Source: an uncultured Alphaproteobacteria bacterium (GTDB taxonomy: Bacteria > Pseudomonadota > Alphaproteobacteria > Parvibaculales > Parvibaculaceae). Taken from it: a stretch of DNA of 64,000 nt. The stretch lies in assembly GCA_963696585.1 (NCBI GenBank), contig CAVOKW010000035.1, positions 77,682 through 141,681 of the forward strand. Direction: 5' to 3'. Below are positions 1 through 8,379 of this stretch, piece by piece. How positions within the stretch are numbered: the stretch's first letter is position 1; each line of letters opens with the position of its first letter. A program made the translations under genes and the position numbers. Under the pieces are notes generated by a model. That model was not told the origin of the DNA and made no database searches. It was given only the letters and a program-made list of their open reading frames with translations.

Positions 1-732
1 ATTCTGATCCGACCGCAGCTTGGCGAAAATATCGGCACGGCCGCCCGCGCCATGGCCAATTTTGCGCTGGGTGACCTGCGGCTGGTGGCGCCGCGCGATG
101 GCTGGCCCAATCCGCGCGCCCGCTCGGCCTCGTCGGGGGCGGACTATATTCTCGACCATGTGAAGGTCTTTGACACGACGGCCGAGGCGATTGCCGATCT
201 TGACTATGTGATCGCCACAACGGCACGCGACCGGGAGCTTGTCAAAGTCATCATGACGCCGGAAACGGCGGCCGTGAAGCTGCGCGAGGTCTTGAACAGC
301 CAGCATAAGGCCGGGGTCATGTTCGGGCCGGAGCGGGCCGGGCTGCTCAATGATGATGTGGCGCTCACGGACGCCTCCATGATGGTGCCGGTCAATCCGG
401 CCTTTGCCTCGCTCAATCTCGCCCAGGCGGTTTTGCTGGTCGGTTATGAATGGTTCAAGACGGGTGACATGACCCCGCCCGAAAGGCTGGAGCTTGTTAA
501 ATCAATTCCGGCGACCAAGGGCGAGATTGTCGGCTTTTTCGATCATCTCGAAGCCGAACTTGACCGGCAGGGTTTTTTGCGGCCACCGGAAAAGCGCCCG
601 GTCATGATCCGCAACCTGCGCAATATCTTCCAGCGGGCCGCGTTGACGGATCAGGAAGTGCGCACGCTGCGCGGCGTTGTTTCGGCGCTGACGCGGCGCG
701 TGCCGCGCGGTCAGGGGCCGGAAGAAGACTAG
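1..732 (+). CDS. trmJ: TrmJ/LasT-family SPOUT RNA methyltransferase, 5'-truncated by window edge
   Basis: Frame open from base 1: ILIRPQLGENIGTAARAMANF...; MFGPERAGLLN and VNPAFASLNLAQAV SPOUT motifs. Confidence 0.85.
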   Translation: MLIRPQLGENIGTAARAMANFALGDLRLVAPRDGWPNPRARSASSGADYILDHVKVFDTTAEAIADLDYVIATTARDRELVKVIMTPETAAVKLREVLNSQHKAGVMFGPERAGLLNDDVALTDASMMVPVNPAFASLNLAQAVLLVGYEWFKTGDMTPPERLELVKSIPATKGEIVGFFDHLEAELDRQGFLRPPEKRPVMIRNLRNIFQRAALTDQEVRTLRGVVSALTRRVPRGQGPEED

Positions 733-761
733 GCGTGTAATTATCTGAGACTCGGCCCACC

Positions 762-1424
762 TTAGGTTCCTGAATTGTGGGTCGAGTCTTGTCGTGAAAG
801 TCGGGCATTCTGGACAGCATTGAAACGGCTGAGATGCGCAGTCCAAGCTTGCGTGTGGGCGCACATCCATCCGATGGCTTCGATGATCTCGTCATGCATC
901 TGCATCGCGGAGTCGAAGATGGGTTCGTGATGGGCGACGCGATTTCTGAACCGGCGAATGGCGTTGAAGCGACCGTGCACGAAGGAGCGTTTTTTGCCGC
1001 CGCCCGTCAGGAAGCCTTTATAGATTATTTTACGCCAAAGCGTGTCGTCATAACCTGTTCCCAACAGGCTGACCCAAAACGAAAATTTCAATTCCGCGAC
1101 AATATCGCCAGGGATTGGTTGGCGCAGCTTTCTTAATGCATCTTCGATTGCAGCTTTGGCAGTCGCATTAAGTGGCGCTGTGCCATTTGTCAGCCAATCA
1201 CTGCCATATGCCTGAGACATTCTTTCGTGCAGCGAGTTTCGGAAGCATATTTCGAGGCTCTGGAGTGGCGTATACAGGGCTTCTGAAAGTTGCGTGTTAT
1301 GTTCGTAAAGGCTGAGGGCTGCGTCCAGATTGTTGCCAGTTGCAGTCAGATATTTTGTAAGGCGCTCGCGTGAAACGGTCTTTTCGAGAGCTTTGTTAGC
1401 AACTTCGGTTCTCAATATTTTCAC
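762..1424 (-). CDS. Abi_2/AbiF-like HEPN-domain protein
   Basis: SRERLTKY...ALYTPLQSLEICFRN N-terminal signature and RNRVAH (RxxxxH) HEPN motif; visibly more AT-rich than flanks; GTG start uncertain. Confidence 0.8.
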   Translation of the reverse strand: MKILRTEVANKALEKTVSRERLTKYLTATGNNLDAALSLYEHNTQLSEALYTPLQSLEICFRNSLHERMSQAYGSDWLTNGTAPLNATAKAAIEDALRKLRQPIPGDIVAELKFSFWVSLLGTGYDDTLWRKIIYKGFLTGGGKKRSFVHGRFNAIRRFRNRVAHHEPIFDSAMQMHDEIIEAIGWMCAHTQAWTAHLSRFNAVQNARLSRQDSTHNSGT

Positions 1425-1462
1425 TTGCGATTAGGTGTTTACGTATTATCTTAGGCTCGTGC

Positions 1463-1528
1463 ACCCCGGGTCGGCCTCTGTCTCATGATATGCTCCCGGG
1501 GTCAGTCATTTGTGAGTACGAATGACTG
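1463..1528 (-). ncRNA. Candidate abiF-type structured RNA (two adjacent hairpins) upstream of the Abi gene
   Basis: Perfect 8-bp stems ACCCCGGG(1463-70)/CCCGGGGT(1495-1502) and CAGTCATT(1503-10)/AATGACTG(1521-28). Confidence 0.5.
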
Positions 1529-1589
1529 TTCATAGCACAATATCCATTTCATCTCTGGCTTCATGACCTAGTCGTCATTGCGCCTTTCA

Positions 1590-1618
1590 TTGACACGATG
1601 GCTTCACCCGTATAGAAA
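1590..1618 (+). promoter_or_regulatory. sigma70-type promoter for rpsD
   Basis: TTGACA at 1590-95, 17 nt, then TAGAAA (overlapping TATAGA at 1611). Confidence 0.55.
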
Positions 1619-1619
1619 C

Positions 1620-1786
1620 CGCGATTGAAACGGGTCTGTCCCTTGCGGCGGGCCCGATTTCATTTATCACGCACCCGCGGGACATTGGCTCTGCTTGAGC
1701 GGATTTCCCTGTCGGTTCAAAGGCTTAAACAAGCCGGAGGACAGAGGAGGGCGCGTTTCCTCTATTGATGACGTCAGGAAACCGCG
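1620..1786 (+). promoter_or_regulatory. Structured rpsD 5' leader with RBS-sequestering hairpin
   Basis: CGCGTTTCCT(1752-61) pairs with AGGAAACCGCG(1776-86) directly before ATG; further stems TGTCCC..GGGACA and GGCTT-AAAC-AAGCC. Confidence 0.45.
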
Positions 1787-2407
1787 ATGACAAAGCGCCA
1801 GGATGCGAAGTTCAAAATTGACCGCCGTATGGGTGAAAACCTGTGGGGCCGTCCCAAAAGCCCCATCAATCGCCGTGAATATGGCCCTGGCCAGCATGGT
1901 CAGCGCCGCAAGAGCAAGCTGTCGGATTTCGGCATCCAGCTCCGCGCCAAGCAGAAGCTGAAGGGCTATTACGGCAATATTTCCGAGAAGCAGTTCAAGG
2001 GCATCTACAAGGAAGCGGCACGTCTGCGTGGTGACACGGGCGAGCTGCTGATCGGCCTTCTGGAACGCCGTCTCGATGCGATCGTTTATCGCGCCAAGTT
2101 CGTGCAGACCGTTTTCGCGGCCCGCCAGTTCGTCAATCATGGCCATGTGCTGGTCAATGGCGAGCGCGTCAACATCTCCAGCTATCGCGTGAAGGATGGC
2201 GATGTCATCACGGTGCGCGAGAAGTCGCGCCAGATGACGGCTGTGCTTGAAGCCGCCCAGAGTGCCGAGCGCGATGTGCCGGATTATCTCGAAGTCGATC
2301 ATGAGAAGATGACGGCGAAGTTCGTGCGCACGCCCGCTTTCGGCGATGTGCCTTACCCGGTTCAGATGGAGCCCAACCTTGTCGTCGAATTCTACTCGCG
2401 CAGCTAA
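1787..2407 (+). CDS. rpsD: 30S ribosomal protein S4
   Basis: [43 protein letters not shown]. Confidence 0.99.
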   Translation: MTKRQDAKFKIDRRMGENLWGRPKSPINRREYGPGQHGQRRKSKLSDFGIQLRAKQKLKGYYGNISEKQFKGIYKEAARLRGDTGELLIGLLERRLDAIVYRAKFVQTVFAARQFVNHGHVLVNGERVNISSYRVKDGDVITVREKSRQMTAVLEAAQSAERDVPDYLEVDHEKMTAKFVRTPAFGDVPYPVQMEPNLVVEFYSRS

Positions 2408-2475
2408 CGCCGCGCGGACGGAAATTCTCCTCGCGCAGGCTAGTCCGCGTTGGCCTTTTATGGTCAGAAGAATGC

Positions 2476-2506
2476 AAGCCGCGGACCCTGTGTCCGCGGC
2501 TTTTTT
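2476..2506 (+). terminator. Intrinsic terminator of rpsD
   Basis: AAGCCGCGGAC-cctgt-GTCCGCGGCTT followed by T run. Confidence 0.85.
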
Positions 2507-2612
2507 GTTGAACTGTCTTTGGGACAGGGCGAGAGCGTATCCCATGCCTGATGACAGCCATCTGGTCTTTGCGCTATAGCAGGCCCTGAAACTGACGCAG
2601 CGGAGCGAGCCC

Positions 2613-3023
2613 ATGTCCCAGCCCAAAAAAGAAAAACCCGTCCTGATTGAAGTCGGACCGGGTGAGCTGATCGACAAAATCACTATTCTGCGCATCAAGT
2701 CTGAACGCATGAGTGATGCGGCCAAGCTCGTCAATGTGCGCCATGAATTGAGTGTGCTGGATAAGTCGCGCAAGGAGAACCTGGAGGACAGCGCCGAGCT
2801 TCGCCGTCTGGAGGGGGAGCTCAAGGCAGTCAATGAAGCGCTCTGGGTGATTGAGGATGATATTCGTCAGTGTGAGGCGAATAAGGACTTCGGCCAGACA
2901 TTCATTGATCTGGCTCGCTCGGTCTATATGCAGAATGACAAGCGTGCGGTCTTGAAGAAGGAGATCAATCTCCTGACGGGCTCGTCGATTGTGGAAGAAA
3001 AATCCTACACCAAATTTGAATGA
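2613..3023 (+). CDS. DUF6165-like helical protein
   Basis: GELIDKITILRIK...VNEALWVIEDDIR...ARSVYMQNDKRA. Confidence 0.75.
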   Translation: MSQPKKEKPVLIEVGPGELIDKITILRIKSERMSDAAKLVNVRHELSVLDKSRKENLEDSAELRRLEGELKAVNEALWVIEDDIRQCEANKDFGQTFIDLARSVYMQNDKRAVLKKEINLLTGSSIVEEKSYTKFE

Positions 3024-3027
3024 TGGC

Positions 3028-3981
3028 TCACGTGCGGGCGAGGAGCTTGCAGGCTTCTTCATGGACCTTATCGACCGTCAGATCCTGCATGCCGTTTTCG
3101 CCATCATAACCATCGCCCGTTTCGGCGATAATGTCTGCCAGAGGACGGCCTCGCACGCTCGTACATTTTTCGCCCCAAGGATCATAAAGATGATCAGCTG
3201 TGGGGCCAAAGAGACCGAGTGTGGGGACGCCTGCGGCTGCTGCCAGATGCATGAGCCCGGAGTCGTTGCCAATATAGAGGCGACAGCGTTCCAAGGCTGC
3301 GGCGACGAGGGGCAATGCACCGCTTTCCGGTCCGTCCCTGTCAATCATGATGATCTGACGTTCTTTGGGGATCGCCTTAAAAAGGGGTTCGCAGAATTTG
3401 CGTTCATCAGGACCTGCCGTGATCAGCACATAGGCACCACTCAGCGGTCCCTTTGGGGCAGTCAGGCGCTGCACGGTTTCCACAAAGCGATCCAGTGGCC
3501 ACATTTTGCGCGCCCAGTTCGCGGTTGGGCCGACCGCCAGCACAATGCGCCCATCGGGTATGAGTTCAGCAGCCTGCTTGCGCGCCTCTTCGCCCGGCCA
3601 GACGCGCGGGGCAGGGGCCGGATCAAAATTGCCAACACTGGCATTATGCAGCACGCGATGTCGTTCATGGTCTGCGCGCAGCACATGGCGCTTCTTTGTC
3701 CAGAGAACCCAGGCTGTTGCAGAGCCACGCAAATCGACCACGAGATCCCAGCGCGTGAAAAAGGTTTCCTTGAGCAATTTGCGCCAGTGACCGGCGCGCT
3801 TTTCCTTGCGCATCGCGATGACCTTATCGACGCGCGGTGCATGCTCGAAAATGGGCACCACGACGGGCCCGCAGGCAATCGTGAAGCGGGCATCTGGATA
3901 GCGCTCCATGAGACCGGCGAGCAAACCGGTCGAGAGCACGGCGTCGCCGAGTCTGGTGGAGGTAATGAAGAGAATTTTCAT
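3028..3981 (-). CDS. Glycosyltransferase family 9 (heptosyltransferase-like)
   Basis: ITSTRLGDAVLS, IGNDSGLMHLAAA, PTLGLFGPT. Confidence 0.92.
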   Translation of the reverse strand: MKILFITSTRLGDAVLSTGLLAGLMERYPDARFTIACGPVVVPIFEHAPRVDKVIAMRKEKRAGHWRKLLKETFFTRWDLVVDLRGSATAWVLWTKKRHVLRADHERHRVLHNASVGNFDPAPAPRVWPGEEARKQAAELIPDGRIVLAVGPTANWARKMWPLDRFVETVQRLTAPKGPLSGAYVLITAGPDERKFCEPLFKAIPKERQIIMIDRDGPESGALPLVAAALERCRLYIGNDSGLMHLAAAAGVPTLGLFGPTADHLYDPWGEKCTSVRGRPLADIIAETGDGYDGENGMQDLTVDKVHEEACKLLART

Positions 3982-4017
3982 TGACTGGCGCGCTATCCCT
4001 GCCGTGTGTCGGCGAGC

Positions 4018-4362
4018 TTATTCAGCTGCCGCTTCTGCAGCAATGCCTTTTTCTGTCAGATAGTCACGGAGTTCACCCTGCTCGAACATTTCGCGCACGA
4101 TGTCGCAACCGCCAACAAACTCACCCTTCACATAAAGCTGGGGAATGGTCGGCCAATCGGAATATTCCTTGATGCCCTGACGGATGGCGTCGTCTTCCAG
4201 CACATTGATGCCTTTGAAGGGAACGTTGAGATAGGTCAGCACCTGCACGACCGCATTGGAAAAGCCGCATTGCGGGAAAACCGGCGTGCCCTTCATAAAC
4301 ACAACAATGTCGTTACCCTCGACTTCAGCGCGGATGCGGTCGAATACGGGATTGTCGCTCAT
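4018..4362 (-). CDS. grxD: Monothiol glutaredoxin Grx4, copy 1
   Basis: [13 protein letters not shown] and [18 protein letters not shown]; GAGGA RBS before ATG 4362. Confidence 0.97.
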   Translation of the reverse strand: MSDNPVFDRIRAEVEGNDIVVFMKGTPVFPQCGFSNAVVQVLTYLNVPFKGINVLEDDAIRQGIKEYSDWPTIPQLYVKGEFVGGCDIVREMFEQGELRDYLTEKGIAAEAAAE

Positions 4363-4396
4363 GTTCAAAGTCCTCTGATTCTTTCTGGCCGCTGGC

Positions 4397-4630
4397 TCAT
4401 TCGGGGGCGGAGGTCTGGAGTGCCAGAGCGTGCAGCTCGGTCCCCATGCCGCCCTTGAGCGCGTTGTAAACCATCTGGTGCTGCTGCACCCTTGTCATGC
4501 CCTTGAAGGAGGCGGAAACCACGTTGGCGGCGTAATGGTCGCCATCGCCCGCCAGATCGCGGATTTCGATCACGGCATCAGGAATGGCCTGCTGAATCAG
4601 TTTCTCAATGTCAGAAGCTGTCATCGCCAT
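4397..4630 (-). CDS. bolA: BolA family protein, copy 1
   Basis: DLAGDGDHY...[12 protein letters not shown]...LHALAL. Confidence 0.96.
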   Translation of the reverse strand: MAMTASDIEKLIQQAIPDAVIEIRDLAGDGDHYAANVVSASFKGMTRVQQHQMVYNALKGGMGTELHALALQTSAPE

Positions 4631-4660
4631 GCCGGGTTACTCCCCTTCACATCCAGTCGA

Positions 4661-4805
4661 TCAAACTTCATGCGCCTGCGCCATATAGGCAGGCAGCCAA
4701 CCCTCATGCGCCATGCGCAGCCTCTCCAATGATATGGGAGAGGCCTTGCCAAGTGTCAATTGCTCACCGCCGGTGAGGCCGAGGAAGCGGGCCGGAACGC
4801 CCGCC
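4661..4805 (-). pseudogene. purL: 3'-terminal fragment of purL (last ~48 codons)
   Basis: Identical to 9836-9980, the end of intact purL. Confidence 0.93.
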
Positions 4806-4889
4806 CGCTTTCGGCGATGTGCCTTACCCGGTTCAGATGGAACCCAACCTTGTCGTCGAATTCTCCTCGCGCAGCTCGTGCCGCGCGGA
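4802..4889 (+). pseudogene. rpsD: Degenerate copy of rpsD 3' end
   Basis: Matches 2331-2418 (offset 2471) with GAG>GAA, TAC>TCC and TAAC>TCGT (stop lost). Confidence 0.93.
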
Positions 4890-4901
4890 GGCTATAACTG
4901 C

Positions 4902-4932
4902 AAAAGGCCCCGGAGCAATCCGGGGCCTTTTT
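4902..4932. terminator. Bidirectional intrinsic terminator
   Basis: AAAAGGCCCCGGA-gcaa-TCCGGGGCCTTTTT. Confidence 0.85.
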
Positions 4933-4992
4933 CATTGGGTCGACAGGGGGATGACAACCCAATGGGGGAGGGGGGTCATGCCGGATGGGCGA

Positions 4993-5646
4993 TCAGTGAA
5001 CGGTGACCCAGTGCGAGGCTTCCCCACCATTGGGACCCGATGTGGATTCCTGGTGTGTGACGCTTCCATCCTCGTTTTTCACCGTGCTTGTGTCATGCGT
5101 GGTAGTACCATTGGGGCCGGTATGCGTGATGCTGCGCGAGCAGCCGCTGCCCTGGGTGCAGCTACCATCAAGCGTGGTGCTGGCGCTATAGCCATTGGAG
5201 CCTGTCGTTTCGCGGCTGCGCGACCAGCTGCCATTGCCATTGTTGACAGCAGTGCCCGATGAAGTGGCTGACCCGTTGGGCCCTGTGTAAGTGGTCGATG
5301 AGCTGACAGATCCGTCGCCATTTGGCGTCACTTCGCGTTCACGCGAATAGGTGTTGCCGGAATTGGTTGTCGTGGTGCGCGTACTGGAGCAGCCTGCCCC
5401 ATCGCCGCAATTGCGATCATAAGTGCGGGTGCCGCCATAGCCGCCATTCGTCTGAATCTCGCGGCTGCGCGAGACGCTGCCGGGGGATCGCGAGACCGAG
5501 CCTGACCAACTGCCGCCGCGACCCGCAGCGCCAACGGCGGAACCACCGCGCGAGATGTCGCGCGCTTCGGCGTAATCGATGAAGAAACCCGTGGCAAGAC
5601 CGGCAAGAAGCGCCAATGTCCCGGTGAGAAGAATTGTCTTTTTCAT
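4993..5646 (-). CDS. Secreted Gly/Ser/Thr-rich beta-hairpin repeat protein
   Basis: Signal peptide MKKTILLTGTLALLAG...AEA; repeated (S/T)GPNG/NGDG turns; two Cx5C motifs; AGGAG RBS. Confidence 0.8.
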   Translation of the reverse strand: MKKTILLTGTLALLAGLATGFFIDYAEARDISRGGSAVGAAGRGGSWSGSVSRSPGSVSRSREIQTNGGYGGTRTYDRNCGDGAGCSSTRTTTTNSGNTYSREREVTPNGDGSVSSSTTYTGPNGSATSSGTAVNNGNGSWSRSRETTGSNGYSASTTLDGSCTQGSGCSRSITHTGPNGTTTHDTSTVKNEDGSVTHQESTSGPNGGEASHWVTVH

Positions 5647-5680
5647 GATGAAGCTCCTATTGGAAATGGGGGGGAAGGGA

Positions 5681-5995
5681 TTAGCGGCGCAGGCCCTTGA
5701 ATGTGTCGCGAAGTTCGGCGCGTGTGATCTGTCCGTCGCCGTTTCCATCCAGCCGGCTGAGTTCAGCCAGACGTGCATCCGTGAATTCGGTCTTGGTGAG
5801 TTGGCCGTCCCTGTTGGCGTCCATCTTGTCGAATTGCCCTTCGAGAGCATGCTGGGCTTCAAGAGAGGCAATCGCTCCGTCATGATTGGAGTCGAGATCA
5901 AGGATACCGAAGGCGAGGGCTGGTGCCGCAAAGGCGACAAACAACAGGCTGGCAGCGATGGGCAGAGCAACTTTCAGAGAAGCACTTTTCGTCAT
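5681..5995 (-). CDS. Secreted EF-hand protein
   Basis: Signal peptide; DSNHDGAI, DANRDGQLTKTE, DGNGDGQITRAE loops; GGAG RBS. Confidence 0.88.
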   Translation of the reverse strand: MTKSASLKVALPIAASLLFVAFAAPALAFGILDLDSNHDGAIASLEAQHALEGQFDKMDANRDGQLTKTEFTDARLAELSRLDGNGDGQITRAELRDTFKGLRR

Positions 5996-6135
5996 GTGAC
6001 TGGCTCCGGTCAGTGTCGTTGGTGGCACGAGGAGATTAAACGGCAGGCAGCGCCTGCCGATTGCGGGGTTGTTTCGGCATGTAACATTATGTAACGGGCC
6101 TTGAGATAAGTCGGCGGCGATGACAAAAATGCACA

Positions 6136-6858
6136 ATGAACAAGGAAGCAGCCGTTTTTCATATCCTGATCGTCGAGGACGACCGCGAGATTGGCGATCT
6201 GGTGCTTGATCTTTTGACCCGTGAGGGCTTCGCTGCCCGGCTGGCGCGCTCTGGCGCGGAAATGGATCAATTGATGATGCAGGAGGCGGTCGATCTGGTG
6301 GTGCTTGATCTGATGCTTCCGGGTGAAGATGGCATATCGATCTGTCGGCGGTTACGGTCGCGCAGCGCCCTTCCCATCATCATGCTGACGGCAAAGGGTG
6401 ATGATATTGACCGCATCATTGGCCTCGAAATCGGCGCCGACGATTATATGGGCAAACCGTTCAATCCGCGTGAGCTGCTGGCGCGGATCCGCTCGGTGTT
6501 GCGACGGACCGCGCAGACAGCCAGACTCGATGTCGTCGGTTCGGAGCGGCGGCATTTTGCGGGCTACATATTTGACGTCGAGGCGCGTCGGCTCATACGG
6601 GATGGCGTGGAAATCGAATTATCGACGGGCGATTATGATCTTCTGCTTGCCTTGACAGCCAATCCGCGCCGCCTGCTCACACGCGACCAATTGATGGACA
6701 TGACCAAGGGGCGCAGCTGGGAGGCTTTTGATCGTTCCATCGATGTGGCCCTGTCGCGGCTCCGGCGCAAGATCGAAACGGACTCGGCGCAACCGGCCCT
6801 GATCAAGACCATCCGCAATGCCGGATACATGTTGACCGTGCCGGTGGAACGGGTATGA
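6136..6858 (+). CDS. OmpR-family response regulator
   Basis: VEDD, LDLMLP, GADDYMGKPF, RSIDVALSRLRRK, IKTIRNAGY. Confidence 0.96.
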   Translation: MNKEAAVFHILIVEDDREIGDLVLDLLTREGFAARLARSGAEMDQLMMQEAVDLVVLDLMLPGEDGISICRRLRSRSALPIIMLTAKGDDIDRIIGLEIGADDYMGKPFNPRELLARIRSVLRRTAQTARLDVVGSERRHFAGYIFDVEARRLIRDGVEIELSTGDYDLLLALTANPRRLLTRDQLMDMTKGRSWEAFDRSIDVALSRLRRKIETDSAQPALIKTIRNAGYMLTVPVERV

Positions 6859-8246
6859 GCGGGCTGCGCAGCCTCACCTTGCGCATCTGTCTTATCCTGG
6901 CGGGCGCGCTTTTCTTCATATTGCTCGCGATCTTTGTTGCGATTTACGTCCAGAACACGAATGCGTCCTATCGCGGATTTCGTCTGCCTCTTCCCGAGCA
7001 GATTTCCGCTATGGTCGAGTTTCTGGAATCGGCTTCGCCTGAAGAGCAGAATCTCTTTCTGCGTGCGGCCAATTCATCAAGCATGACCGTGCGCGTTGTG
7101 GCCAAGGCGCCTGACACGACCGAGACTGTCAGGCTTCCCAATGTGACGCGCCTGCTCACGAACTATCTCGACAAACTTGGCGGACGGCATGTCTATGCCA
7201 TGGTCGACATCGCCCATGGCCGCATAGGGGAGGGCGTGTCTGAAAGGGCTGGCGTGTTTTGGGCCATGCGGCCTGTCAGGTTGCTTGTTGAGCTGCGTGA
7301 TGGGCGCACGCTTGTGGTCGAAGTGACAGGCGAGCTGTTTGCCCGGCTGACAGGATTGCGTCTGGCGCTACTGGTCCTGATCGTCTCGATCATGATTGGC
7401 GGCATTTCGCTCTGGGCGGTGCAGCGCCAGATCAAGCCCTTGCGGCAACTGGCGCTGGCTGTTGATGTGTTTGGTGCGCAACTGGAAATCCCGCCCTTGC
7501 CGGATGAGGGCGCCAAGGAAGTGCGCCAGCTCATTGGTGCGATTGAAAGAATGCAAGCCAGAATTCGCGATCTCGTGAATGGCCGGACGCGCATTCTTGC
7601 CGCCATCGGACATGATCTTGGCACCTATCTGACACGGCTTCGGCTACGCGCCGAATTTATCGGCGATGCGCGGCAGCGCGAGAGCGCGATCCGCGACATT
7701 GAAGACATGCATGCGCTGATGGCAGATACGCTGACGCTGGCAAAACTTGAAAATGCGGGCGAGTTGATGACGCCAGTCGATCTTGGCGCCATTGTGCGAC
7801 GGCAAGTCGAGAGCCTTGCCAATGCAGGCGAACGGGTGACGCATGATCTGGATGAGGAGCCATGCCGGGTGATGGGACGCCCCGTTGCGCTGGGGCGGTT
7901 GGTCGGCAATCTGCTCTCCAACGCGCTCAAATATGGCAAGGCGGCTGAAGTCAGCCTGATGCGCGAGGGTCAGATCGTGCGGCTCATCGTAGCAGACAGG
8001 GGACCAGGCATACCGCCTGAGGAGCGTCAATCGGTTCTGGAACCGTTTTATCGGCGTGATGGGGCGCGCAATCTCGATACGGGCGGCTTTGGGCTCGGCC
8101 TTGCCATCGTCGCCGATATCGTTCAGCGCCATAATGGCCACATCGCCCTTATGGATCGCGAGGGCGGGGGGCTGATCGTGCGTGTCGATTTGCCATGCGC
8201 GCCGCCCGGGCGCGACGGCCAGTCCCCTGACGCCGCAACGGCATAG
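6855..8246 (+). CDS. EnvZ-like sensor histidine kinase
   Basis: Two TM segments, HAMP, IGHDLGTYLTRLRL H-box, NLLSNALKYG, DRGPGIP, GFGLGLAI; ATGA overlap with regulator. Confidence 0.95.
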   Translation: MSGLRSLTLRICLILAGALFFILLAIFVAIYVQNTNASYRGFRLPLPEQISAMVEFLESASPEEQNLFLRAANSSSMTVRVVAKAPDTTETVRLPNVTRLLTNYLDKLGGRHVYAMVDIAHGRIGEGVSERAGVFWAMRPVRLLVELRDGRTLVVEVTGELFARLTGLRLALLVLIVSIMIGGISLWAVQRQIKPLRQLALAVDVFGAQLEIPPLPDEGAKEVRQLIGAIERMQARIRDLVNGRTRILAAIGHDLGTYLTRLRLRAEFIGDARQRESAIRDIEDMHALMADTLTLAKLENAGELMTPVDLGAIVRRQVESLANAGERVTHDLDEEPCRVMGRPVALGRLVGNLLSNALKYGKAAEVSLMREGQIVRLIVADRGPGIPPEERQSVLEPFYRRDGARNLDTGGFGLGLAIVADIVQRHNGHIALMDREGGGLIVRVDLPCAPPGRDGQSPDAATA

Positions 8247-8263
8247 GCCTGCACCTCAAATGC

Positions 8264-8290
8264 AAAACCCCCCGGATTGATCCGGGGCCC
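8264..8290. terminator. Hairpin between convergent kinase and dioxygenase
   Basis: CCCCGGAT-tg-ATCCGGGG preceded by A run. Confidence 0.6.
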
Positions 8291-8379
8291 CTTGGTTGCG
8301 GGGCTCGTCAGTCCCCGCTTTCACTGAGGGTGAAAGGCCAGGCAGGCGATGCCATGCCGCAATATTTCTAAGTCGGGCA

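Larger units (their letters stand above)
4058..4805. repeat. Direct repeat copy 1 (grxD-bolA-purL 3' end); copy 2 at 9233-9980
   Basis: Offset 5175; read as identical from 4223-4805 vs 9398-9980, with a few SNPs toward the grxD 3' end. Confidence 0.95.

Noticed and set aside
4906-8289. 19/20-nt inverted repeats (4906-4925 and 8270-8289) as transposon ends around the two-component cassette
   Set aside because: Both are terminator hairpins of a common GC-stem type; no transposase or target duplication
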